NCBI GenBank assembly: GCA_002410925.1
Contig: DHPR01000033.1
Span: forward strand, 268,397 to 332,396
Source: a bacterium UBP13_UBA5359
GTDB taxonomy: Bacteria; UBP13; UBA5359
Length of the DNA: 64,000 nucleotides
Direction of reading: 5' to 3'
The notes beneath the pieces are model-generated. The model made no database searches. It saw nothing but the letters and a program-made list of their open reading frames with translations, and had not been told where the DNA came from. The translations under genes were made by a program, and so were the position numbers. Shown here in pieces: positions 1 to 8,917 of this stretch (its first letter is position 1; the number at the start of each line of letters is the position of its first letter).

Positions 1-833
1 ATCGTATGATGCGGACTGCGAAAGCTTCGTTTGTTAATTAATGAGGAATTATCTGCCAGCAGCCCCCTGACGCTGTATATTCTGGTCACTTCCAACGCCT
101 CTGATTGATTCATCGGTGGCAAGATACCGGGGATGCGCCTGGCCAGCATCGTCTTGCCGGAACCGGGCGGGCCGATCATCAAAATATTATGGCCGCCGGC
201 TGCCGCTATCTCCATAGCTCTCTTGGCGGCATCCTGCCCTTTTACATCCGAAAAATCCTCACCAACAAGCGAATCTTCATCACTAGCGGTATCAACAACG
301 GGTCTTTCCGGCAGATAATGACCATTTACAAGAGCTGCTACTTCATGAAGATTGCGGCAGGGGAATACTTCAACATCATCAACCATGGCTGCTTCACAGT
401 AATTATTCCACGGCACCACCAGCAGCGGATGTTCGGCACTGCGGAGATCCAATGCGGTCGGCATGACACCGGTTACCGGACGAAGCTTGCCGTCCAGAGA
501 GAGCTCTCCCACATATACAGCTCCGGCCATCTCTTCAGTCAAATGTATTGCTCCTGTGGCCACCAATATGCCTACAGCTATAGGAAGATCAAATGCCGGG
601 CCCTCTTTGCGGATATCGGCCGGGGCCAGGTTGACCGTTATTCTGCCTATAGGAAATTCAAAGCCGGTATTGCGAATAGCCGCTCTTACCCGCTCTTTGG
701 CCTCCTGTACAGCAGTATCCGGCAGACCGACTATGGTGAACGACGGCAGGCCGGAAGAAACATCGACCTCAACTTCGATGAAGTGAGCATTAACTCCTAT
801 GACCGTACTGCTTTTTACCTTTGCCAGTGACAA
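1..833 (-). CDS. comM: YifB/ComM family Mg-chelatase-like AAA+ ATPase (3' end runs off the window)
   Basis: Manual minus-strand translation: TTG at 833 after AAGGAG gives (M)SLAKVKSSTVIGVNAHFIEVEVDVSSGLPSFTIVGLPD, later Walker A GPPGSGKTMLARRIPGILPPM. Absent from the ORF track, presumably because no stop lies in the window. Confidence 0.92.
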   Translation of the reverse strand, partial: MSLAKVKSSTVIGVNAHFIEVEVDVSSGLPSFTIVGLPDTAVQEAKERVRAAIRNTGFEFPIGRITVNLAPADIRKEGPAFDLPIAVGILVATGAIHLTEEMAGAVYVGELSLDGKLRPVTGVMPTALDLRSAEHPLLVVPWNNYCEAAMVDDVEVFPCRNLHEVAALVNGHYLPERPVVDTASDEDSLVGEDFSDVKGQDAAKRAMEIAAAGGHNILMIGPPGSGKTMLARRIPGILPPMNQSEALEVTRIYSVRGLLADNSSLINKRSFRSPHHT

Positions 834-993
834 GTGGCTCTCCTTATATGCTCATATTTGCCCGAGCATTTATCAGAATACGATTGCATATATTCTACTA
901 AGGTATTAAGGTATATGCAAACGCTTGATTGCTATGGTTCTCCATTACAAAGCATTTGTTGTTTTCCCACAGCCTTTTTCTCCCCCCTAAAAA

Positions 994-1018
994 GTTTTTT
1001 ACTGCTATATTCGGGTAT
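994..1018 (+). promoter_or_regulatory. SigB-like promoter for rubrerythrin
   Basis: GTTTTT-N13-GGGTAT, 27 nt upstream of ATG 1046. Confidence 0.6.
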
Positions 1019-1045
1019 AAAAGATGTTATGAGGAGGTGCCAACC

Positions 1046-1444
1046 ATGGCTACTATTGATGATCTAAAAGAAGCATTTGCCGATGAATCCCAGGCCAGCG
1101 TGAGGTATCTAACTTTCGCACGCAAAGCCAGAGAAGAGGGGCATGAAGATGTAGCAAGGTTATTTGAAGATGCAGCTATGGATGAATTATGCCACGCACA
1201 ACACAATCTGGAACTGATGCAGGGAATCAGTAGCACAGAGAACAATCTGCAATCCGCCATTAATGGGGAAGCTGCAGAATACATCAATAAGTACCCCGAA
1301 TATATAGAAAAAGCTTTTGAAGAAAATAATATGGCTGCCGTCAAGGCTTTCAAAGAGGCAGCTGACAACCAGCAACTTCATTCAGAGAAATTCATGGAAA
1401 CGCTGGACAGCATTGCAGGCCCAAAGAGTGAAGCTGGTGATTGA
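1046..1444 (+). CDS. Rubrerythrin-family ferritin-like di-iron protein without a C-terminal rubredoxin domain
   Basis: LKEAFADESQA..RY..FA.KA.EEG, E-x-x-H (ELCH), GEAAEY...YP; GAGGAGG RBS before ATG 1046; no CxxC pairs. Confidence 0.85.
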   Translation: MATIDDLKEAFADESQASVRYLTFARKAREEGHEDVARLFEDAAMDELCHAQHNLELMQGISSTENNLQSAINGEAAEYINKYPEYIEKAFEENNMAAVKAFKEAADNQQLHSEKFMETLDSIAGPKSEAGD

Positions 1445-1447
1445 TAG

Positions 1448-2479
1448 CTAACGGACTATCTTACGCCGTCCTCTTGGCCTATCGGGGTTAAGACCTTTCT
1501 GCAATGCCAAATTATAGGCAAAGAGCTGTCCTACAACCATAAATACCAAAGGAGAGAATACCTCTTTTACCGGCTCAGGCAAGACCAGAGCGGTATCGGC
1601 AATTTCCAGCACTTCCTTACGATCAGATATAACTATAGTTTCGGCTCCCAGCTCTCGCTGCAATTCTCTGGTCAGCCGCAGCATATTATTATAGGTTTGT
1701 CCGCCGGGAACAAAGATCATAACCGGATATCCCTCCCCTACCAGAGAGATAGCGGCATGCGCAAACTCGGCCGATGAATGAGAGAGAGCTGAAACCTGAC
1801 AGATCTCCTCTAATTTGAGAGCTGTTTCCAAGGCTGTGGCGTAATTAAAACCGTTGCCCAGCACTACGCATCTGGTCATATAGCGATAAGACTTGACCAA
1901 CTCACACATACCATCCGACAGAGACAGAGCAGAATTCATCAGTTCAGGCACAAGCCTTAGTGCGCTGATTGTTTCTCTATCCTCAGATATGACAGCCGCC
2001 AGAAGATAGAGGATAGCCATTTGAGCCGTATAAGTTTTAGTGGATGATATAGCCTTTTCCACTCCAGCTCGTGTATTTATGCAGTAATCTGCTGTAAGCC
2101 CTAACGGGGATTCCGGTTCTTCCGTTATGGCAACCGTCATTGCTCCCAGCTCTCTGGCTATTCTCAGAACCTCTCGCGTTTCATACGTTTCACCTGAACG
2201 AGAGATGCCTATAACAACGGCATTTGAAAGGTTAAGCCTGGCTTGATATGCCATAAATATGGTTGGCGAAATAACCGTTGAAGGAACGGAGGCTATGGTC
2301 TCAAATATATATTTGGAAGCCATAGCAACGTTATTAGAAGAGCCGCGCCCTACTGCCATAACGAGGCAACTACGGCGCTCACGTGCTACCTGACCGATAG
2401 AAATAATATTTGAAAGCTCCTCCTCGAGGATGCGATTTAAAACCTGTGGCTGTTCAGCGATATCATCCAGCATTAACAT
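1448..2479 (-). CDS. SIS-domain sugar-phosphate isomerase/deaminase (GlmS C-terminal-like)
   Basis: MLDDIAEQP, GRGSS, ISRSGET, STKTYTAQ, ETALKLEE, GLNPDRPR; GGAGGTG RBS supports start 2479. Confidence 0.85.
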   Translation of the reverse strand: MLMLDDIAEQPQVLNRILEEELSNIISIGQVARERRSCLVMAVGRGSSNNVAMASKYIFETIASVPSTVISPTIFMAYQARLNLSNAVVIGISRSGETYETREVLRIARELGAMTVAITEEPESPLGLTADYCINTRAGVEKAISSTKTYTAQMAILYLLAAVISEDRETISALRLVPELMNSALSLSDGMCELVKSYRYMTRCVVLGNGFNYATALETALKLEEICQVSALSHSSAEFAHAAISLVGEGYPVMIFVPGGQTYNNMLRLTRELQRELGAETIVISDRKEVLEIADTALVLPEPVKEVFSPLVFMVVGQLFAYNLALQKGLNPDRPRGRRKIVR

Positions 2480-2634
2480 ATGTGCGCACCTCCGATAGGA
2501 ATTATGTAAATAAAAATCTTGTTCAGTCATATATTATTCCTCTAATCTATCATTAAATCCTTTATTTGTTAATCCGGCACCATAATATTCTCCATAATAC
2601 TTTGTTTATGGCTCTCTTTTTTCAGGTATAGAGT

Positions 2635-3138
2635 ATGCAAAGGAGGTATAAGAAATTGCACATACCGATATTCTTTATCATTTTCATCATTTGCAGTTTA
2701 TTAGCCGGCGCTCCCGTCATGGCTGAAGAAAGATTACCGACAGCAACCGGGGAGCAGCCGAAAAGCGATAGCAAAGATATCGCTATCAGGGGAAAAGCTA
2801 TCTTCATCAACTTGCGGGCTCAAAGGATCTATGCTAAAAGCAACGGCCGTATAATCTATAACTTTCACATAAGCTCCGGTCGCCCGAGTAAATGCACACC
2901 GCGTGGGAATTACCGTGTTTTAGGCAAGGAAAAAATGCATATATCCAGCATCTATCCGCGTCCGCGAGGCGGCGCCGGCATGCCCTGGTCACTGCATTAT
3001 AACGGCAACTATTTTATTCACGGTTACCATCATGTTCCTCCGCGTCCAGCCTCTAACGGCTGCATACGGCTGGCTGTACCCAGTGCGAAGAGGCTCTTTT
3101 TCTGGGCGCCGGTAGGAACGCCTGTAATCATACGCTGA
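2635..3138 (+). CDS. L,D-transpeptidase (YkuD domain), secreted
   Basis: Signal peptide; ISSG..TPRG; FIHG...ASNGCIRL catalytic motif; ends GTPVII. Confidence 0.85.
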   Translation: MQRRYKKLHIPIFFIIFIICSLLAGAPVMAEERLPTATGEQPKSDSKDIAIRGKAIFINLRAQRIYAKSNGRIIYNFHISSGRPSKCTPRGNYRVLGKEKMHISSIYPRPRGGAGMPWSLHYNGNYFIHGYHHVPPRPASNGCIRLAVPSAKRLFFWAPVGTPVIIR

Positions 3139-3163
3139 AGCTATAACAGATGCTATAAAATCT

Positions 3164-3193
3164 TGAGAGCCCTCCTTTTCTGGAAGGCTCTCA
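3164..3193. terminator. Hairpin between convergent ldt and fba
   Basis: TGAGAGCCCTCC / GGAAGGCTCTCA inverted repeat with one mismatch. Confidence 0.6.
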
Positions 3194-3226
3194 GCAGTTT
3201 CTTACCTGTCAGGTAACTTGTAAAAA

Positions 3227-4252
3227 TTACTTACCCATGTAGAAGGTAACCATCTCTTTCATGCTTACCTGCTTTACCTTGCTTGCATATCCGGCCTGAC
3301 CAAAGGCTACCATACGGTCAATACAGACCTGCTTCATAGCATCTCTGGCTGGTGAGAGATAATCGCGCGGGTCAAAAGCAGTCGGCTTGCAGGAAAAAAC
3401 CTTGCGAATAGCACCGGTTATGGCTAAGCGGTTATCGGTGTCCACGTTGATTTTGCGTACGCCATGCTTGATACCACGCTGTATTTCTTCAACCGGCACG
3501 CCGTAGGTCTCTTTCATATACCCGCCGTACATCCTGATAATATCCAGCAGTTCCTGCGGCACACTGGAAGAACCGTGCATAACAAGATGGGTATTGGGAA
3601 GGCGCTTGTGTATCTCTTCAATAACACTCATAACCAGAACATCGCCTGTAGGCTTGCGAGTAAACTTATAGGCGCCATGGCTGGTTCCAATGGCCACTGC
3701 CAGCGCATCGACACCTGTATCTGCCACAAAACGCTCTGCCTGGCCGGGATCTGTAAGGTGCTTTAAGGCTTCTTCACCAGTAAGACCTGCACCATGGCCA
3801 TCCTCGATACCGCCGAGAGTGCCTATTTCGCCTTCAACAGTAACTCCCCTGGCATGGGCATAGTCCACAACTTCTTTGGTTACCTTAACATTATACTCAT
3901 AGCTGGAAGGGGATTTCCCATCTTCCGAGAGAGAACCATCCATCATAACGGAGTTGAAGCCCTGCTCAATGGCGCTGATGCAAGTTGCCGGTGAATTACC
4001 GTGGTCCTGATGCATGGATATGGGTATGTTGGGATGAAGCTCGGCCGCAGCCAGCATAAGATGCCGAAGATAAGCATCATTGGTGTACTTCCGGGCGCCT
4101 CTGGAAGCCTGAACGATTACCGGTGATTCCGTCTCCTCAGCCGCTGCCATGATGGCTTGTATCTGCTCCATGTTGTTAACATTGAATGCAGCCACACCAT
4201 AGCCGTTCTCCGCAGCATGATCCAACAGAATCCGCATAGGAACTAATGACAT
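3227..4252 (-). CDS. fba: Class II fructose-1,6-bisphosphate aldolase
   Basis: [46 protein letters not shown]. Confidence 0.96.
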   Translation of the reverse strand: MSLVPMRILLDHAAENGYGVAAFNVNNMEQIQAIMAAAEETESPVIVQASRGARKYTNDAYLRHLMLAAAELHPNIPISMHQDHGNSPATCISAIEQGFNSVMMDGSLSEDGKSPSSYEYNVKVTKEVVDYAHARGVTVEGEIGTLGGIEDGHGAGLTGEEALKHLTDPGQAERFVADTGVDALAVAIGTSHGAYKFTRKPTGDVLVMSVIEEIHKRLPNTHLVMHGSSSVPQELLDIIRMYGGYMKETYGVPVEEIQRGIKHGVRKINVDTDNRLAITGAIRKVFSCKPTAFDPRDYLSPARDAMKQVCIDRMVAFGQAGYASKVKQVSMKEMVTFYMGK

Positions 4253-4412
4253 ATTCTTTGCCCCCTTAGTGAATTATTGTCTGCAGATGCATTAAACACA
4301 CCCTTGTTGTTTTATCAAAAATGATCCAATCTGTCAAATCGTAATTGTGTACGCCGGTTTTATCAAGTATAATATTGCCCGTATGTTCGAGCTGTGATCG
4401 GAGTATTATTTA

Positions 4413-6023
4413 ATGGATTTATCTAATATTATTAAAGCTGAAGCGGAACGAAGACGAACCTTTGCTATTATTTCACATCCTGATGCCGGTAAAACCACCT
4501 TCACGGAAAAATTGCTGTTGTATGGCGGAGCCATACGCCTGGCAGGCTCAGTCAGAGCAAGACGAAATCAGAATAAAGCCACCTCCGATTGGATGAATAT
4601 AGAGCAGGAGCGCGGTATCTCCATAAGTTCAGCAGCACTGCAATTTGAATATAACGACTATTGTCTCAACCTTCTGGATACACCCGGCCACCATGACTTC
4701 AGCGAAGACACATACCGCACCCTAACCGCTGCCGATAGCGCTGTCATGCTATTGGATGCTGCCAAAGGCGTGGAAGAGCAGACCAAAAAGCTCTTTCGGG
4801 TCTGCCGTCGCAGAAACATACCTATAGCTACCTTTATCAACAAAATGGATCGCCCTGGAAGGGATCCGTTATCGCTGCTGGATGAAGTTGAGGAGATACT
4901 CGGAATCACGGCCGTACCGCTGAACTGGCCGATAGGCTCAGGCGATGAATTTACGGGTGTCTATGATAGAACTGAGAAGCGCATATATCTGTATGAACGT
5001 ACCGCGCATAATCAGCAGAAAGCTCCGGTTATTGCCGGTAACGCTGACGATCAGGCCATAAGAGAGTTGGTAGGAGATGACAAACACGCTATCTTCCTGG
5101 AGGAAATGGAGATACTGAGAGAGGTAGTCAAGCCGTTCAGCAGGGATGCATTTCTTTCTGGAAAAATGACGCCGGTATTCTTTGGCAGCGCTTTAACCAA
5201 TTTTGGAGTGGAGCGTTTTCTAGCACATTTTATCGATCTCTCCCCCCTGCCGGGTGAAGGCGGAGATAATAAGATAAGAGCGGATGAGGAGAGATTCACC
5301 GGCTTCATTTTCAAGGTTCAGGCTAACATGAATCAACGGCACCGTGACAGAATAGCCTTTGTGCGCATCTGCTCCGGCCGGTTTGAACGCGGCATGACGG
5401 TCAAGCACTTGCGCACCGGCAAGATGATACGGCTTTCCAGCCCGCATGCTTTTTTTGCTCAGGAGAGGGCGGTTATTGATGAAGCCTGGCCGGGCGATAT
5501 AATAGGCCTGATAAATCCTGGAACGTTCAAAATAGGTGATGCTCTCTGTGAAAGAGGAGAGCTCTCGCTACCGCCGTTTCCTCGCTTTGCACCGGAATGC
5601 TTTGCCACTGTCAGGCCGCATGATCCTGCTATGTACAAGGGCTTCCACAAAGGACTTCAGCAGTTATCTGAAGAGGGCGTAGTGCAGGTTTATTACCCGC
5701 TTCGAGGAGCACATGACCCGATGCTGGGCGCTGTAGGGCAGCTGCAGTTCGAAGTTTTTGTAAGCCGCCTGGAAGCCGAATACTCCACCCGAATATCGAT
5801 AGAGCACCATCCCTATACCATCGCCAGGTGGATAGATAAGCGGCATATCGATGAAATATCAGGCAGCGGCTATGTTGTAGTAGTCCTTGATGATCAGGAA
5901 CGTGCCGTAGCCCTCTTTAAGAAGGGCTATGATCTCCGTTTCATGGAGAAAAAGTATCCTGATATCGTTTTCTCAGAGCTGCCCCCGGACGATACTCGCA
6001 CTCAGGATACCGCTTTAGCATAA
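4413..6023 (+). CDS. prfC: Peptide chain release factor 3
   Basis: RRTFAIISHPDAGKTT, EQERGISI, DTPGH, NKMD, GAVGQLQFEV. Confidence 0.97.
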   Translation: MDLSNIIKAEAERRRTFAIISHPDAGKTTFTEKLLLYGGAIRLAGSVRARRNQNKATSDWMNIEQERGISISSAALQFEYNDYCLNLLDTPGHHDFSEDTYRTLTAADSAVMLLDAAKGVEEQTKKLFRVCRRRNIPIATFINKMDRPGRDPLSLLDEVEEILGITAVPLNWPIGSGDEFTGVYDRTEKRIYLYERTAHNQQKAPVIAGNADDQAIRELVGDDKHAIFLEEMEILREVVKPFSRDAFLSGKMTPVFFGSALTNFGVERFLAHFIDLSPLPGEGGDNKIRADEERFTGFIFKVQANMNQRHRDRIAFVRICSGRFERGMTVKHLRTGKMIRLSSPHAFFAQERAVIDEAWPGDIIGLINPGTFKIGDALCERGELSLPPFPRFAPECFATVRPHDPAMYKGFHKGLQQLSEEGVVQVYYPLRGAHDPMLGAVGQLQFEVFVSRLEAEYSTRISIEHHPYTIARWIDKRHIDEISGSGYVVVVLDDQERAVALFKKGYDLRFMEKKYPDIVFSELPPDDTRTQDTALA

Positions 6024-6032
6024 GCCGGAGGC

Positions 6033-6299
6033 TTAACGGCCTCCTCTGGCCTCACGCGGCTTGGCTTCGTTAACCGTCAAAGATCGCCCGCTTACTTCCT
6101 TACCGTTGAGGCTATCGATAGCCGTGCGAGCAGCCTCATCCGTATCCATCTCTACAAAACCGAAGCCTTTGCTTCTCCCCGTAGCTCTATCCATGATGAC
6201 TTCAGCACTTTCTACGGTGCCGTACGGCTCAAACAACTCCTTCAGAGCATCGTTATCAGTACTATAGCTCAGATTTCCTACGTATATCCTTTTGCCCAT
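6033..6299 (-). CDS. Single-RRM RNA-binding protein (copy 1)
   Basis: RNP2 IYVGNL, RNP1 KGFGFVEM, LTVNEAKPR; GGAG RBS. Confidence 0.95.
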   Translation of the reverse strand: MGKRIYVGNLSYSTDNDALKELFEPYGTVESAEVIMDRATGRSKGFGFVEMDTDEAARTAIDSLNGKEVSGRSLTVNEAKPREARGGR

Positions 6300-6389
6300 C
6301 TATACCTCTCCTTTTATATGAGCTCGATTCAGATGCCCGTTTATAGCGATTATCCGTAGAATAGATGCATCTGCAACGCCAACAGCTAA

Positions 6390-6415
6390 TTACCCTGTTT
6401 TGCTGCAAATTAAAC
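6390..6415 (-). promoter_or_regulatory. SigB-like promoter for RRM copy 1
   Basis: GTTTAA-N14-GGGTAA on the minus strand. Confidence 0.65.
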
Positions 6416-6458
6416 GAGTCCTGTCTATATGAAATCTTCATAACTATTCTGAAATTCT

Positions 6459-6484
6459 GTTTCAGATGAATTGCACAAGGGTAA
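6459..6484 (+). promoter_or_regulatory. SigB-like promoter for RRM copy 2
   Basis: GTTTCA-N14-GGGTAA. Confidence 0.6.
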
Positions 6485-6561
6485 AAAATAGGACATAAGA
6501 CTATGGCATATTACCTGTTGCTTTGAATTTCTTTAAATATGATAAAGGAGATAATCATAAT

Positions 6562-6855
6562 ATGACAAAAAGATTATACGTCGGCAACCTTGCTTATGGT
6601 GTTGATAATTTGGAATTGGAAAATTTGTTTCGGTCATATGGCACAGTAGAAAGCGCCACCATAATAACCGACCGTGATACCGGCCGCAGCAAAGGCTTTG
6701 GCTTTGTGGAAATGAGCTCCGATGCCGAGGCTGAAACAGCTATAGAAGAGCTAAATGGCAAGGAAGCCGGCGGCCGCATTCTTACCGTCAATGAAGCCAG
6801 GCCCCGAATGGAAAGAGAGGAGCGTGGCGCCAGAAGAGGCGGCAAACGCTATTAA
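6562..6855 (+). CDS. Single-RRM RNA-binding protein (copy 2)
   Basis: LYVGNL, KGFGFVEM, LTVNEARPR, Arg/Gly tail; AAGGAG RBS before ATG 6562. Confidence 0.95.
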   Translation: MTKRLYVGNLAYGVDNLELENLFRSYGTVESATIITDRDTGRSKGFGFVEMSSDAEAETAIEELNGKEAGGRILTVNEARPRMEREERGARRGGKRY

Positions 6856-6909
6856 AAAACCGTATTCGCATACCGCATACCTCATCAAGAGTTGCCGCAA
6901 TCCTCGCCG

Positions 6910-7074
6910 TTAATCCCTGAAGAACCTGCGCATTGCACCACCGGTTGTTCTTCCTGCAATTCTGCGCCCGATGCGCTTTGCGATCCTGTCAGATCTGCCG
7001 CTGCTGATGGCTTGATAATCTCCCAGCAATCGAGCCAGCATATAGAGGAAGCTTCTGGTCTTATAAACCCTCAA
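6910..7074 (-). CDS. Small basic hypothetical protein (54 aa), missing from the ORF track
   Basis: (M)RVYKTRSFLYMLARLLGDYQAISSGRSDRIAKRIGRRIAGRTTGGAMRRFFRD*; AGGAAGGTG upstream of TTG. Confidence 0.65.
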   Translation of the reverse strand: MRVYKTRSFLYMLARLLGDYQAISSGRSDRIAKRIGRRIAGRTTGGAMRRFFRD

Positions 7075-7177
7075 ATCAAGCACCTTCCTTTTTACTGCTT
7101 TACCGCTGCTGCCATCTCCAAAATCCCTTGCTCAATTAAAAAAGCAGAATTTCCTTTCGAGGCATGGAGCAGCCGGA

Positions 7178-7240
7178 GAAACGCTCAGCGGCTACGCCCA
7201 AGTCAGCACCACCGCCAACATATACGCTCATGTATTCCCC
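7178..7240 (+). pseudogene. Fragment of a tyrosine integrase C-terminus
   Basis: Translates ETLSGYAQVSTTANIYAHVFP, resembling the LGH-x3-STT-x2-IY-x-H catalytic-Tyr box; abuts the att-like repeat. Confidence 0.6.
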
Positions 7241-7258
7241 AGACTAACGGATCCAGAG
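7241..7258. repeat. att-like 18-bp copy of part of tRNA-Gln
   Basis: AGACTAACGGATCCAGAG is identical to 10091-10108 inside the tRNA. Confidence 0.85.
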
Positions 7259-7270
7259 AGCGTTCCCGCT

Positions 7271-7320
7271 TTCCCTTCTAATCCCTTCTAGTCCCTGGAA
7301 GTCCCTTCTAATCCCTTCTA
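7271..7320. repeat. Five tandem 10-bp units, consensus NTCCCTTCTA
   Basis: ttcccttcta atcccttcta gtccctggaa gtcccttcta atcccttcta. Confidence 0.85.
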
Positions 7321-7511
7321 GTGTTATCTATTTGGGTTGAAGCTTTAGGGGTAACATGAAAGGGCGGTTTGATACTGTAACACCATCCTCCCAGTCCTTC
7401 AAAACGCCACATAAGCCCCCCTCAAAGCCCCTGAATGCATTAGCAATGCAATATCCAACTGCTACCGATTAGCCCTTTCAGCTACTATCAATGCCATTCC
7501 CTCTCATTCTT

Positions 7512-8669
7512 CTAAAACGTTACTTTCCTCCTCACAGTTACCTTTATCGGAGAAGATTTCACGACTTTCCCATTATTAAAGCTTGCTTCGACGCATATTT
7601 GATAATCCCCAGGCGCATACTTACTTGTGTCCCATACAAAGGATTTTGAAGCTGTATTCTGCTCATTCAGTAATTTATCATTAAGGAATATCTTTACAGC
7701 CGCTATATCAATAGGGGGGAATATGTTGCAAGCAATTTCCACTTTGCTCCCTTCTCTAAAAGAAGCCTTATCTGCGGGAGACAGGATTGTTACTATCTCC
7801 AGATTATCGTTCTTAGATTCGCCATGCTGAGGAGGAAGAGGCCGAGCAATAGGAGTGTCATGATCTACAAAGGCCGTTATCATAGTGCCTTCAGGTATAA
7901 CAGCATCTCGTCCATTGATAAATACTCCCAAAACAGATAGGAAGAGAGTTGTCATGACCACCGCTCCACCGTTGCTCGCTCCTGTTGCATCCTGGGAAGC
8001 CCTAAGCGGTATTAGAGTTTCACCTGCTCCCTGAACTGATTCAATATTAAATTCGATTTTTCCCGCTCTGCCAAACATACCACGCGGTGTCGATGTAATG
8101 ACTTTACCGTATGCTGACGCGCCATAGGGTATTAATACTTGCCCTTCTGAGCCTACTACATCTCTTATAACCTTATATCTAACAGCAGAGCCTTTTGTTG
8201 TCGCTCCTGAAACCATTTTCTCTGTAGTCTGAAGCATTACAGGCGTTCCCTCTTTAACTATTGCAGAGGAAATGGTTGTCGTAACTGAGGATGCTTTAGA
8301 TGCTACAAGAGAAACAACTACCGGCTTAGCTGACAATTTCTCACCGGATTTAAGATAGGCAAATACCCTTATAGTGTAATCGCCAGGGCTATAATTGCTT
8401 GTATCCCATTTGATTGTATAGGGCTTTGTTTGTGTCATGCCTATACCTTTTGCGTCACATAAGGCGGATATAGACACGATATCCAAGCCTTCTTGAGCCA
8501 CAATCATGATTTCCAGCTTCTCGCCCACATTCGCTATACAGTTCCCCTCAGGAGCTATAACCTGTATTGGCGGCGTTATAGTAGGTGTAGGAGTTTCCGA
8601 AGCTTTGGCAATTATAGGGGAGATCAACAACAACATAATGAAAAAAATACTCTGATGAAATTTAGGCAT
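7512..8669 (-). CDS. Secreted protein: Ig-like domain, TrbI/VirB10-like beta domain, Ig-like domain
   Basis: Signal peptide; repeated WDTS.Y.PGDY.I motif near both ends; central EGTPV.L...VLIPYG...G.V...RGMFGRAGKI...IPEGT; AGGAGG RBS. Confidence 0.6.
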   Translation of the reverse strand: MPKFHQSIFFIMLLLISPIIAKASETPTPTITPPIQVIAPEGNCIANVGEKLEIMIVAQEGLDIVSISALCDAKGIGMTQTKPYTIKWDTSNYSPGDYTIRVFAYLKSGEKLSAKPVVVSLVASKASSVTTTISSAIVKEGTPVMLQTTEKMVSGATTKGSAVRYKVIRDVVGSEGQVLIPYGASAYGKVITSTPRGMFGRAGKIEFNIESVQGAGETLIPLRASQDATGASNGGAVVMTTLFLSVLGVFINGRDAVIPEGTMITAFVDHDTPIARPLPPQHGESKNDNLEIVTILSPADKASFREGSKVEIACNIFPPIDIAAVKIFLNDKLLNEQNTASKSFVWDTSKYAPGDYQICVEASFNNGKVVKSSPIKVTVRRKVTF

Positions 8670-8687
8670 TTCTACCTCCTGCTAATT

Positions 8688-8823
8688 NNNNNNNNNNNNN
8701 NNNNNNNNNNNNNNNNNNNNNNNNNNNNNNNNNNNNNNNNNNNNNNNNNNNNNNNNNNNNNNNNNNNNNNNNNNNNNNNNNNNNNNNNNNNNNNNNNNNN
8801 NNNNNNNNNNNNNNNNNNNNNNN
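8688..8823. other. Scaffold gap (136 N)
   Basis: Run of n, flanked on both sides by TTCTACCTCCTGCTAATT. Confidence 0.99.
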
Positions 8824-8917
8824 TTCTACCTCCTGCTAATTAAGGTTGATTACATCGGCGATATTCCTAAAAGGCAACAATTAATTATATAATCTTGCTT
8901 TACAATTAGCAAATCAC

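Noticed and set aside
105-830. 241-aa plus-strand ORF
   Set aside because: Antisense shadow of comM; the minus frame has clear Walker A and family motifs.
6892-7281. 129-aa plus-strand ORF
   Set aside because: No RBS or recognisable motif; overlaps a better minus-strand microprotein, the integrase scrap (different frame) and the att repeat.
7271-7320. Tandem repeat as a CRISPR array
   Set aside because: Units are 10 bp with no spacers, and no cas genes are in the window.
8493-8843. ORF spanning the N run
   Set aside because: Artefact of translating through the gap.
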